From contig OZ242358.1 in assembly GCA_965208835.1 (NCBI GenBank), positions 4,032,001 through 4,096,000 of the forward strand: DNA of 64,000 nt, in the 5' to 3' direction. The stretch comes from Candidatus Latescibacterota bacterium. Its GTDB lineage: Bacteria > Latescibacterota > UBA2968 > GCA-2709665. Shown here piece by piece: positions 19,796 through 29,136 of the stretch (its first letter is position 1; every line of letters begins with the position of its first letter). The notes under the pieces are model-generated. The model was not told where the DNA came from. It worked only from the letters and a program-made list of their open reading frames with translations, and did not search any database. Position numbers and translations under genes: made by a program.

Positions 19796-19852
19796 CCCGT
19801 CGGGCTCAATCGCGCGATTAGAAAACCGTTACGACTCAAGGAGCCGAAACCC

Positions 19853-20899
19853 ATGAAAAACAACCAGATGTGCGTATGCCTGATGGGCTTTATTCTGGCC
19901 GCTGCGTTTGTATTCCCGGTCCCGACGTGGGCGACGCCGGAAAGCCAGGCCGCGGCGCCCTTTCTACTGTTTCAGCCCAGCGCACGTTCTGCTGGAATGG
20001 GCGAAGCCTATATTGCCATTGCCGACGGCGCCAATGCCACATATTACAATCCGGCGGCCCTAGCCGACGACACCGACAGGCACATGAGTACGACGATGTA
20101 CAAGCCCGTTCCATCATTGGCAAGCGACATCTTCACGTCGTTCGGCGCCTACACGCAACCGGTTGAAGGCGTGGGCAACCTGGGCTTCAGCCTGATCTAC
20201 ACTTCGCTCGGGTCCCAGCACCGTACGGACTCGCAGGGGCAGGATCTGGGCAAATTTACGAGCTTTGGGGTGGCTGTGGCAGTGTCCTATGGAACTTTTG
20301 TCGTTAAAGACGTGTCTGTCGGCGCAACCATGAAGTTCATTCATGAAAAGCTGGCCAGTCAGGGCGCAGGCATCGAAAAGGGCAAAGGCGCAGGTACGTC
20401 TTTCGCAGGCGACCTGGGCTTTATGTGGAAAACCTCCGATCGGTTCACGCTTGCGTGGGCGTTGCGAAACGTCGGGCCGAACATTACGTTCATCGATGCG
20501 GACCAGGCGGACCCGCTGCCTCAGAATTTCACCATCGGGGTTGCCTATACGGCGCTCCAGCGCGGGAATTCAACGCTGCTCTTCGCCGCTGACATCTATA
20601 AACCGCTTGCAGACAGGGGCTTTTTCTCGTTTGTCACGGGTTGGAACGACCGCGGCAGCAGGGAAGAACTCGAGGATATGGATTACCATACCGGCATCGA
20701 GTGGACATACAACCTTTCCGAAGAATCCGCCTTCGCCCTGCGAACGGGATATTTTCACGATCAGGACGGCGACCGGAAGAGCCCGACGTTCGGCCTGGGC
20801 CTCAAATACAACTGGGCGTCGTTCGATCTCTCGTACTTCGCCAGGAGCAACTCCGCCCTCCGAAACGTCTTTCGCTTCACTGGCGGGTTTTCCTTCTAG
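19853..20899 (+). CDS. porV: PorV/PorQ-family outer-membrane beta-barrel (T9SS-associated)
   Basis: Signal peptide; AAPFLLFQPSARSAGMGEA, ATYYNPAAL, NVGPNITFIDADQADPLP, ALRTGYF, C-terminal Phe. Confidence 0.85.
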   Translation: MKNNQMCVCLMGFILAAAFVFPVPTWATPESQAAAPFLLFQPSARSAGMGEAYIAIADGANATYYNPAALADDTDRHMSTTMYKPVPSLASDIFTSFGAYTQPVEGVGNLGFSLIYTSLGSQHRTDSQGQDLGKFTSFGVAVAVSYGTFVVKDVSVGATMKFIHEKLASQGAGIEKGKGAGTSFAGDLGFMWKTSDRFTLAWALRNVGPNITFIDADQADPLPQNFTIGVAYTALQRGNSTLLFAADIYKPLADRGFFSFVTGWNDRGSREELEDMDYHTGIEWTYNLSEESAFALRTGYFHDQDGDRKSPTFGLGLKYNWASFDLSYFARSNSALRNVFRFTGGFSF

Positions 20900-21059
20900 C
20901 AGTCCGATGATAAAGCCGCTCTGCAGGCGAGGCCGAGCCATTGTGGCCGAAGACAAGGCGCGCGACCGAGTCCCATCCAGCGATTCGGAGCGGGAGCGCA
21001 ACGCAGTATTTCGACCGCAAGGGCCGGCCGTGGCCCGGATGGGCCCTTCATCGGGCTGC
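20899..21059 (+). mobile_element. MITE-like element A, copy 1
   Basis: TIRs GCAGTCCGATGATAAAG / CTTCATCGGGCTGC; near-identical to 24214-24375; starts within the porV TAG stop. Confidence 0.75.
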
Positions 21060-21115
21060 CAGGGCGTTCCCTTCCGTCACTTTTCGTCTGACTTCTCATA
21101 GGGTCGAAAACCATC

Positions 21116-24100
21116 GTGTGGTTGCGGCGGGTTGAACCCAGACGCAGTCTGCAATTGGCGCGGAAGAGAACGAGGTTGGCGTTCCTTTTCGCCGTTTGCT
21201 TTTTTTCTTCCGTCCTTTCGCCGCCTGCCGTCCAGGGCGCCGGGGAAACCTGGCGCATCCTGGCTGTCCGGGTCTCATTCTCCGTGGAAGACCCCGACGA
21301 CGTGACCACCAGCGGAAACGGCGCTTTCGACCTCCGGACTTTCGACTCGGTCCGCGACGATTATATCTTCCCCTTCGACGCCCCCCCGCACGACAAACCC
21401 TTCTTTGAAGCGCACCTTCAGGCCCTGCGCAATTATTATCTGGATATATCCGACGGTCAACTTGAAATCGATTACACCGTGTTCCCGGAGGAAGCGAATG
21501 AAAGCTACGTCATCGACAGGCCCCTCAAGGAATACGGCAACGGGCGCACCCGGACTGAAATCGCCCAGCGAATCACGCAACTCTTTCACGACGGCATCGT
21601 GGCCGCCGACTCCGTGGAAGGAGCGAACCTGGATTTTTCCGGCTTTAAGGCCTTCGTGGTCTTTCACGCCGGGCTCGGCGCTGAGGCAGGCGGGCAGGCC
21701 ATCAACGACATACCGTCCGCATTCGTTTCCGGCAAGGATCTCGATCGCTTTGTGGACGGACCAATCGCGGTGGACGACGGGGCAGCGGTTGTGCACAACG
21801 GCATGTTGCTTCCCGAAGCCGTCAGTACGGACGGCAGGGGCGGCCTGAACGGCACGCTGGTTCGTTTTTTCGCGCATCAGCTCGGTCTGCCCGGGCTGTC
21901 CAACTTCGAAGATGAACTCCCCGCGGTGGGAGACTGGAGCCCGCTGGATACCGGTGGTCCGGGCGCGGTTGCCTCCGCCGCCCGCCTGGAACTTCAGCCG
22001 CTTTCTGGTGAACCTGCGGACAGCCTGCTCATCGGATTCGTCCCAAGCCGCCTCCTCGCGTGGTCCCGAATCCGTCTCGGATGGCTGGAGCCGGTGGTGG
22101 TCACGCGGAACGACACGGTGCGGCTGGTTGCGCCGCATGTTGCGGATTCCGATCTTCCGCGGGCGGTCAAAGTCCCCCTCAGCGCCACCGAGTACTTCCT
22201 TCTGGAAAACCGCATCTCACGACTTGCTGTATACGGGCGGAAACCGAACATAGCGTTTTCAGCCGGACAACGCGTCTGGCTCTCCATGGACGACTACGAT
22301 GCCTTCATTCCCGGTTCGGGCATTCTGATCTGGCATGTCGACGACGCCGTCATCCAGGCCAGCGGCGACGGCACGGCCGTCAACAGCAATCCACAGTACC
22401 TCATCAGCCCGGGGCAATACAGGCGCGGCATCTCGCTCGAGGAGGCGGACGGGCTGGAGGATATCGGGAACAACGCCGCAGACCGGATCGTACAGGCCGG
22501 AATCATCAGCCTGGATGCCATAGAAGGCGGCGTCCGGGATCCGTTCTACGCCGGAAACGCTGCACGTTTCGGGCCGGATACCGTGCCCTCGACCAACAGT
22601 AACCTGAACTATCCCACCGGCATTACGATTCAGATCCTCAGCCCGCCCGCCGATACCATGGAGGTGGTTGTCACCTTTGACTTCCAGGAGGACGCCTGGC
22701 CCGCAACCGGGTTGGCAAACGTCGGGCCGCAGGCCCCCCGCGCAATCGACCTGAACGGAGACGGCGTCAAAGAGATACTGCGCAGCGGCGGTCCCGTCGA
22801 GACGTCACCTGGCGGAAATGCCCTGCCGCTGTCTTTATCCGGAAATGCCGCCACGCTCGAACCGGACGCGACGTTTCCGTTCTTCACGCCATTCACCCCC
22901 GCCGTCGGTGACGTCGACGGAGACGGCCAGGACGATTTCATCTTCGCCCGGGGCCACACGCCGACCCTCTGGAGTCGCAGCAAAACCACCACTTCGCCGG
23001 CCGGACCGGCGCAGGACATCACATGCCCGCCTCTCGTCGCCAGCATTGGCGGCGCGTTGGTGGACGTTTGGGGATGGTCCAACGGCGACGTTACCTGGGG
23101 CAACCTTGCGGGAAAAAATACCGGCGTTGCGCAGACGGGATCGGAACCCGTCGCCGGACTGGCGGCGGGAAACGTGGACGACGATCCGGAAGACGAGCTT
23201 GTCGCACTGGCGGGACAGGGTCGGCTCTTCATTGCCGAAGCCGATGGACGTGTTCGACAGGTGGCCGATCTTTCCGGGCCCGTCATGGGATCCCCCGTAC
23301 TGGGCGACCTCGACCGTGATGGCGGGGACGAGATCGTCACGCTGGGCGCGGACGGTGTGGTATCCATCTTTTCCAGGGGGCACATGACGGCGCAAAGCAT
23401 GCCGGTGCCCGGGGGTGCAGGGTCGGCGCCCGTGTTGGGCGACCTGGACGAAGACGGCTACATCGAGGTGCTATTCGGCGGCGAGGGTCGCCTCTGGGTC
23501 GTGCGCTTCAACGGCGTGCATCAGACCGATACGCCGCTTGCGTTTCCTCTCAAGGACGAGACCGGCCTGATATCCGCGCCGCCCGTACTTGCCGACATCA
23601 ACCTGGACGGCGACCCGGACATATTCGTGGCCACCGGCGGCGGCTTGGTTTATGGCCTCGGCGCCGACGGCTCGATCCTGCCGTCCTTTCCCCTGCCCGT
23701 TTCAAGCCCGGTGCACGCCTCGCCCCTGGCCGACGATCTGGATGGCGACGGCACCCTGGAGCTGGTTGTCTTCACAACGGAGGGCGCGGCGCATCTCTGG
23801 CACCTCGAGACCTTTGACGCCCATTTTACGGGCAATCATCTCGTCTGGAGCCAGGCCGGAGGTGGGCCCGGAAACGCGAGTCGACTGCTCACGCTGCCCA
23901 GCGACCCGCCGCCGGAGACTACGTCGCTGCTTCTCCCCCCGGACCAGGTCTACTGCTATCCCAACCCCATTCGCGGCACGTCTGCCACGATCCGGTTCTT
24001 CCTCGGAAAGAGCGCCCGTATCCAGGTGGCCGTGTTCAACGCGCTGGGTGAAATCGTCGAACGGATGACTATGGAGAATCCGACGCCTCGCACGGACAAC

Positions 24101-24214
24101 GAACTGCGCTGGAACACGGTCGAGTATGCCAGCGGCTTCTACGTTTGCCGCGTGGAAGCCATCTCGGAAGAACGATCGGAAGTCCGCTTCGTAAAAACCG
24201 CGATAATCAAATAG
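21116..24214 (+). CDS. M6 (immune inhibitor A)-like domain + FG-GAP repeats + T9SS type-A-like C-terminal domain
   Basis: RILAVRVSF..FHAGLG, AHQLGLPGL, AWSRIRLGW, EYFLLENR, GILIWHVD; many GDLDxDG repeats; C-terminus YCYPNP..VFNALGEIV..ASGFYVCRV..KTAIIK. Confidence 0.8.
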   Translation: MWLRRVEPRRSLQLARKRTRLAFLFAVCFFSSVLSPPAVQGAGETWRILAVRVSFSVEDPDDVTTSGNGAFDLRTFDSVRDDYIFPFDAPPHDKPFFEAHLQALRNYYLDISDGQLEIDYTVFPEEANESYVIDRPLKEYGNGRTRTEIAQRITQLFHDGIVAADSVEGANLDFSGFKAFVVFHAGLGAEAGGQAINDIPSAFVSGKDLDRFVDGPIAVDDGAAVVHNGMLLPEAVSTDGRGGLNGTLVRFFAHQLGLPGLSNFEDELPAVGDWSPLDTGGPGAVASAARLELQPLSGEPADSLLIGFVPSRLLAWSRIRLGWLEPVVVTRNDTVRLVAPHVADSDLPRAVKVPLSATEYFLLENRISRLAVYGRKPNIAFSAGQRVWLSMDDYDAFIPGSGILIWHVDDAVIQASGDGTAVNSNPQYLISPGQYRRGISLEEADGLEDIGNNAADRIVQAGIISLDAIEGGVRDPFYAGNAARFGPDTVPSTNSNLNYPTGITIQILSPPADTMEVVVTFDFQEDAWPATGLANVGPQAPRAIDLNGDGVKEILRSGGPVETSPGGNALPLSLSGNAATLEPDATFPFFTPFTPAVGDVDGDGQDDFIFARGHTPTLWSRSKTTTSPAGPAQDITCPPLVASIGGALVDVWGWSNGDVTWGNLAGKNTGVAQTGSEPVAGLAAGNVDDDPEDELVALAGQGRLFIAEADGRVRQVADLSGPVMGSPVLGDLDRDGGDEIVTLGADGVVSIFSRGHMTAQSMPVPGGAGSAPVLGDLDEDGYIEVLFGGEGRLWVVRFNGVHQTDTPLAFPLKDETGLISAPPVLADINLDGDPDIFVATGGGLVYGLGADGSILPSFPLPVSSPVHASPLADDLDGDGTLELVVFTTEGAAHLWHLETFDAHFTGNHLVWSQAGGGPGNASRLLTLPSDPPPETTSLLLPPDQVYCYPNPIRGTSATIRFFLGKSARIQVAVFNALGEIVERMTMENPTPRTDNELRWNTVEYASGFYVCRVEAISEERSEVRFVKTAIIK

Positions 24215-24375
24215 CAGTCCGTTGATAAAGTCGCTCTGCAGGCGAGGCCGAGCCAATGTGGTCGAAGACAAGGCGCGCGACCGAGTCCCATCCTGCGATT
24301 CGGCGAGGGAACGCAACGCAGTATTTCGACCGCAAGGGCCGGCCGTAGCCCGGATGGACTTTTTCAACGGGCTGA
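24214..24375 (+). mobile_element. MITE-like element A, copy 2
   Basis: TIRs CAGTCCGTTGATAAAGTC / GACTTTTTCAACGGGCTG; starts within the TAG stop of the upstream gene. Confidence 0.78.
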
Positions 24376-24385
24376 AAGACGTCAG

Positions 24386-27300
24386 ATGGATGCGATGGTC
24401 ATACAACGGAGAAGGAAGGCGTACCGTACCGGACTGACGAGTCCCTCATCCGGCCTGATCTTCGGGATTTGCCTTGCCCTGCTGCTCTCGGCGTCTCTGC
24501 CGGCCGGCGCCCAGTTCGACGCCAACCATCCCGAACTGCACTGGGAGGTAATGGAGACCGCCCATTTCAAGATATATTACCACCAGGGTCTCGCGGATTT
24601 TGCCCGCCGCGCCGCCAGGGCAGCTGAGACCGTGTACGGTCCGGTCACGGCATTCTACGATTTCACACCCGACGAAAAAATACGGCTGATTTTGAAAGAC
24701 ACAGACGATTATGCCAATGGCGTGGCCTTCTATTACCATAACACCATGGAAATCTGGGCATCCAACCTGGAATTCGAACTGCGGGGCGACACCAACTGGC
24801 TCCAGAACGTGATCGCGCACGAATTCACCCATATCGTTTCGCTTCAGACTGCCCGAAAGGGTCCGCGACGCCTCCCGGCCATTTACTTCCACTATCTGGG
24901 GTACCAGAATGAAGAGCGCCGCGACGACGTTCTCACGGGCTATCCGGACGTCTTTGCGTCTTACGCCGTTCCGCTTACGATCGTACCGCCCTGGTTCGCC
25001 GAAGGCACCGCACAATTCATGGCGCCGGGCGTCCATTTTGACCGCTGGGATTCCCACCGCGACATGATCCTGCGCATGGCCACGTTGAAAGATCGACTGC
25101 TCACCTACGACGAAATGGGGGTGTTCGGCTCCAAAACCGGTCTGGGACTCGAAAAAGTCTACGACCACGGCTACGCCCTGACCCTGTTCATCGTCAACAC
25201 CTTCGGCGAGGACAAATTGCCGAAGATCTACAACAATATGAACGCGCTCTGGCGTACCGACTTCGAATCAGCCGTACGCGGCGCAATCGGTATTTCAGGA
25301 CGCGAACTCCACCGGCGTTGGGTTTCCGCCCTCGAGGAGCGGTACGAGGCGAAAGAGTCCGAACTTGAGGGACGCCTGGTAGACGGCGAATTCCTGCATG
25401 GAAACGGATACTTCAACCTCCACCCCCGCTGGTCACCCGACGGGGGCCAACTCGCCTATCTGTCCAACCAGGGCGGCGACTTCGGACGCACCGCACTGGT
25501 TGTACATACCCTTTCCGACAGCTCTTCCGAGACACTCGCCGGCGGCGTCGACACCGCTCCGGACTGGTCGCCCGACGGACCCCGTCTGATTTTTGCGCGA
25601 CACAGCCATCCCGACAGATACGGCTCGCGGTTCTGGGATCTCTACACGGTGGACCCGACTGTGACGCGGGGACACGGGCTGTTCGCAAAAACCAAGGCGA
25701 CGCTCGGCCTGTCGCTGAAGTTGCCGCCCAACCAGAAACGTCTGACCCACGGACTCCGGGCAAGCCACCCTGCATATTCGCCTGATGGCAAACAGATCGC
25801 ATTCGTCGTCAACGGCCGAGGCTCGACCAACCTCGCCGTAATGGACGCAGAGAGTGGAAATGTCCGACGGCTCACGTCCTTCGACGACGGCTCACAGGTC
25901 TATACGCCCCGATGGTCGCCCGACGGTTCGCAGATCGCCTGCTCGGTCTTCCATCCGGAGGACACGCGGAATATCGCCATCGTACCCGCAAGCGGCGGGC
26001 GGTTGAATACCGTCATTTCCTCCGCGGGCACGGATCGCGATCCATGCTGGACTCCCGACGGGGCGGGCCTGGTTTTTTCCTCGGATCAGGACGGAATTTT
26101 CAACCTCTACCACTTCAACCTTACGAACGGGTCCGTTCACCGCATCACCCGAGTACTTGGCGGCGCCCTTCAGCCACACGTCAATCCTGAAGACCGTCGA
26201 ATCGCCTTCTCCCACTACGGCGCCAATGGATATGAGATCCGGATCCTCTCGGGAAATGGCGCCTGGGAGCCGGTCGCATCCGCAATCTTTCAACCGGAGG
26301 CCGGGCGTCCGCCCGCCGCTGCGGCAGGGGACGACCCCGTACCGGAAAGCCGGCCCTACGGCAACGAATTCTCCACGACTTCGTTTTTTCCCCGCATTGC
26401 CGTGGACGCCGGAAAGGTGAAACTGGGCATCTTCGCCGGATCCAACGACGTCCTGAACAAACAGTCCCTCCTCGTAGGCGCAATGGCCGCCCGCGACCGG
26501 GATCTGGATCTCTTCGCGGTGTATGAATATCGCCGCTGGCGTCCAACGGTTTATCTGGAAGCCTATCGGGCCGTGCGCCACGAAGAAGACGACGTTCTCA
26601 ACCGTGACGAAAACTTCCGCATCTTCAGCCAGACGTTCACAATCTCCGGTGTGGAACTCGGCGCCAGGAACAAGCTCGGCACGGGCAGCCGCCTGGACGC
26701 CAGGTTTATCTACAACCTGTCATCCACCGACCAGGACGTCGCCCGGTTCAACGGCATGGATGAAGTAAGCGTGGGCGCCACCACACATCATGGATTCAAT
26801 TTCGCGTTCACGTATTCACTGCGCAACATCAGCCGGACCAGAGACCGGGAAATCAACCCCCGGGCCGGACGGGAGATGTGGTTCCGTTACGACCGCCAGT
26901 TCAACTATTTCATCAGCGGGTTCAAGGAAGACACGTCTCTTCTGATCGAAACGTTCGACCGCTACTTTTTCAACCGGTTTACACTGAGCTGGAGTGAATA
27001 TCTGCCGGTAGGTCCCGGACGATCCGCCCTGGGTTTGCGATTCTACGGCGGGCTGATCGACAGTGAAGTGGATGATTACTTCGATTTTTTTCTTGGCGGC
27101 CTGCCTTACATGAAAGGATATACGTTCTATAGCCTCGAAGGGCGCAGGGCAGCCATGTTTCGCGCCGCCTACCGCTTCCCCATCAGGACGCGGATGGATC
27201 GTCAAACCGGACCCATCTACTCCGATCAGCTCTTCGGATCCATCTTCGCCGGCATCGGCCGCGCGTGGGACGGAAACGATATGGACGACGTTCTGAACCG

Positions 27301-27502
27301 CGGCTGGAAGCGCGACGTGGGGATCCAGATCCGTTACGACGCCACCTCCTTTTACACCTTTCCGACCCGCGCCAGCCTCGATCTCGCCTACGGTATGGAT
27401 ACGTTGCCGCGAGTGGTCGCGGGGGAGGAATTGACAAAAAGCGGTTTCAAGGTCTACTTCGCCCTGCTTTTCGGATACCTGCAAAGCGTCGGAGGAAGAT
27501 AG
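24386..27502 (+). CDS. Peptidase MA-like + TolB/PD40 propeller + Omp85-like barrel protein
   Basis: ETAHFKIYY, IAHEFTH..WFAEGTA, repeated PxWSPDG, C-terminal beta-strands with FFLGG..MKGY. Confidence 0.8.
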   Translation: MDAMVIQRRRKAYRTGLTSPSSGLIFGICLALLLSASLPAGAQFDANHPELHWEVMETAHFKIYYHQGLADFARRAARAAETVYGPVTAFYDFTPDEKIRLILKDTDDYANGVAFYYHNTMEIWASNLEFELRGDTNWLQNVIAHEFTHIVSLQTARKGPRRLPAIYFHYLGYQNEERRDDVLTGYPDVFASYAVPLTIVPPWFAEGTAQFMAPGVHFDRWDSHRDMILRMATLKDRLLTYDEMGVFGSKTGLGLEKVYDHGYALTLFIVNTFGEDKLPKIYNNMNALWRTDFESAVRGAIGISGRELHRRWVSALEERYEAKESELEGRLVDGEFLHGNGYFNLHPRWSPDGGQLAYLSNQGGDFGRTALVVHTLSDSSSETLAGGVDTAPDWSPDGPRLIFARHSHPDRYGSRFWDLYTVDPTVTRGHGLFAKTKATLGLSLKLPPNQKRLTHGLRASHPAYSPDGKQIAFVVNGRGSTNLAVMDAESGNVRRLTSFDDGSQVYTPRWSPDGSQIACSVFHPEDTRNIAIVPASGGRLNTVISSAGTDRDPCWTPDGAGLVFSSDQDGIFNLYHFNLTNGSVHRITRVLGGALQPHVNPEDRRIAFSHYGANGYEIRILSGNGAWEPVASAIFQPEAGRPPAAAAGDDPVPESRPYGNEFSTTSFFPRIAVDAGKVKLGIFAGSNDVLNKQSLLVGAMAARDRDLDLFAVYEYRRWRPTVYLEAYRAVRHEEDDVLNRDENFRIFSQTFTISGVELGARNKLGTGSRLDARFIYNLSSTDQDVARFNGMDEVSVGATTHHGFNFAFTYSLRNISRTRDREINPRAGREMWFRYDRQFNYFISGFKEDTSLLIETFDRYFFNRFTLSWSEYLPVGPGRSALGLRFYGGLIDSEVDDYFDFFLGGLPYMKGYTFYSLEGRRAAMFRAAYRFPIRTRMDRQTGPIYSDQLFGSIFAGIGRAWDGNDMDDVLNRGWKRDVGIQIRYDATSFYTFPTRASLDLAYGMDTLPRVVAGEELTKSGFKVYFALLFGYLQSVGGR

Positions 27503-27509
27503 GCAAGAA

Positions 27510-27640
27510 CGGGGAGAGGTGAGCCGGGAGACGGGAGATGAAATCCTTGCCCGATATCTTCTCTCCACTCGCCTCCGGCCTGAGAAGAAACCCCACGGGG
27601 CGGGCAATCTCTCCCCTCTTACGTCTTACTTCTTCCCCGG
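27510..27640. repeat. Inverted GA-rich/CT-rich short periodic repeats
   Basis: GGGGAGAGGTGAGCCGGGAGACGGGAGA versus TTCTCTCCACTCGCCTCC and TCTCCCCTCTTACGTCTTACTTCTTCCCC in the intergenic space. Confidence 0.45.
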
Positions 27641-27661
27641 TTTTTATGACAGGAGTTCCTC

Positions 27662-28393
27662 GTGTACCGTGCCATCCCGATCCTGGTCCTGTTGACCGTT
27701 CTCCCGATCCAGGCGGCAGACCGTCCCGAATTGCGCCAAGCCAACGCGAATGTGTGGCTGCAGGATAACGATCCCCTGAAGACCGACCGGAAATCGCCCA
27801 AACTGGCCTTCGCGATGTCCCTTGCGGTTCCGGGACTGGGCGAACTCTACGCGGGCGAGCCGAAGCGGGCGGCTGTTTTCATGGGGATCGAAGCGCTCAC
27901 GTGGTTCAACTATCTGCGCTGGCGAAACAAAGGGAACGACCTCAAGGCGGAATTCCGGACCTTTGCCGACCGGAACTGGGACGAAGGCCGGTATCGGGAA
28001 TGGCAGGACTACAACAGGGCCAGGGGCTCGCCGTATATTGAAACCGAGACCCTGCCGTGCAAACATGCCCTGGACGGGTGCCACAGGGTGGACACCCAGC
28101 AGTACTACGAGATGATCGGCAAGTACGACCAGTTCGTATTCGGGTGGAGGGACGTCCGCGAGGTGGGCTTCGAGACCGGAAACGGCAACGTCGTCTCCAA
28201 TCAGCGCATCGACTACGAAAATCAGCGTAACGAGAGCAACAAACTGCTCAAACGCGCCTCGGTGATCGTCGGCCTTACCGTTGTCAACCGCATCGCGAGT
28301 TCGATCCATGCCGCGTTGCGTGTGCGGTCCGCGCAAGTGTCGGTTTTGCCCCGGCCTGACCGGACCGAACTGGCAATCCACGTCCTGTTCTGA
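27662..28393 (+). CDS. Hypothetical membrane protein (DUF5683-like)
   Basis: KSPKLAFAMSLAVPGLGELYAG, QQYYEMIGKYDQFVFGW, VVNRIASSIHA. Confidence 0.7.
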   Translation: MYRAIPILVLLTVLPIQAADRPELRQANANVWLQDNDPLKTDRKSPKLAFAMSLAVPGLGELYAGEPKRAAVFMGIEALTWFNYLRWRNKGNDLKAEFRTFADRNWDEGRYREWQDYNRARGSPYIETETLPCKHALDGCHRVDTQQYYEMIGKYDQFVFGWRDVREVGFETGNGNVVSNQRIDYENQRNESNKLLKRASVIVGLTVVNRIASSIHAALRVRSAQVSVLPRPDRTELAIHVLF

Positions 28394-28427
28394 TCGCCGG
28401 GCGACCCGTTTTTCCGTAGCCGAAAAT

Positions 28428-29075
28428 ATGTCAAAACCACTCTCCAAAGCCCGCGTCCTTTGCACGGTCCTGTCCCTCACTCTGATTGGCGTCCCTTCGG
28501 CCGGACACGCCAGGGGCAAGTCACCGGCCGGCGCGGCGGCGCTGTCGCTCGTACTGCCGGGACTCGGTGAGTTCTACGCCGGCGGACGCCGGTCGGCGCG
28601 CTTCTTTCTGGTCACGGAAGGGATCTTCTGGTCCGGCATGGCCACCTTCCGGTTCCTCGAATCCTATCGCGTCGATGCGTATCACGCCCACGCCGCGGCC
28701 CACGCCGGCATTCGCCTCAATAACTTTCCCGAGTCCTACATCAAGGAAGTGGGAGACTTCGACAGCATCTACGAACGAAACCAGCGAGAACGCTTTCTGG
28801 CCGGCGAAAGTGCGAACATACGGGCCGAAACGGCGGGCAATATCTGGGAGTGGGATACGGAGGCCTCCCGGATCGAATTTCTGGATCTGCGAAGCAAAGC
28901 TACTTCCGCTGAACAGAAGGCATTCCTGTTCGTAGGTGGCCTGATTCTCAACCGCTTCGCCAGCGCACTCAACGCGGCTTCGATTGCGCGGAAAAGCCGC
29001 GCGCAGGGCACGGGCGTCCAGCTTCAGATTGTCCCTCGGGGCGGCCTGTACGCAAGCATTCGCCGGGTTTTCTGA
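28428..29075 (+). CDS. Hypothetical membrane protein, paralogue of upstream gene
   Basis: KSPAGAAALSLVLPGLGEFYAG, ILNRFASALNA. Confidence 0.7.
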   Translation: MSKPLSKARVLCTVLSLTLIGVPSAGHARGKSPAGAAALSLVLPGLGEFYAGGRRSARFFLVTEGIFWSGMATFRFLESYRVDAYHAHAAAHAGIRLNNFPESYIKEVGDFDSIYERNQRERFLAGESANIRAETAGNIWEWDTEASRIEFLDLRSKATSAEQKAFLFVGGLILNRFASALNAASIARKSRAQGTGVQLQIVPRGGLYASIRRVF

Positions 29076-29136
29076 GATCCGAACCCCAGTAGGTGCAAGG
29101 GCTTCTTCCCGGCAGTCATGAAAGGGTGGAAACAGC

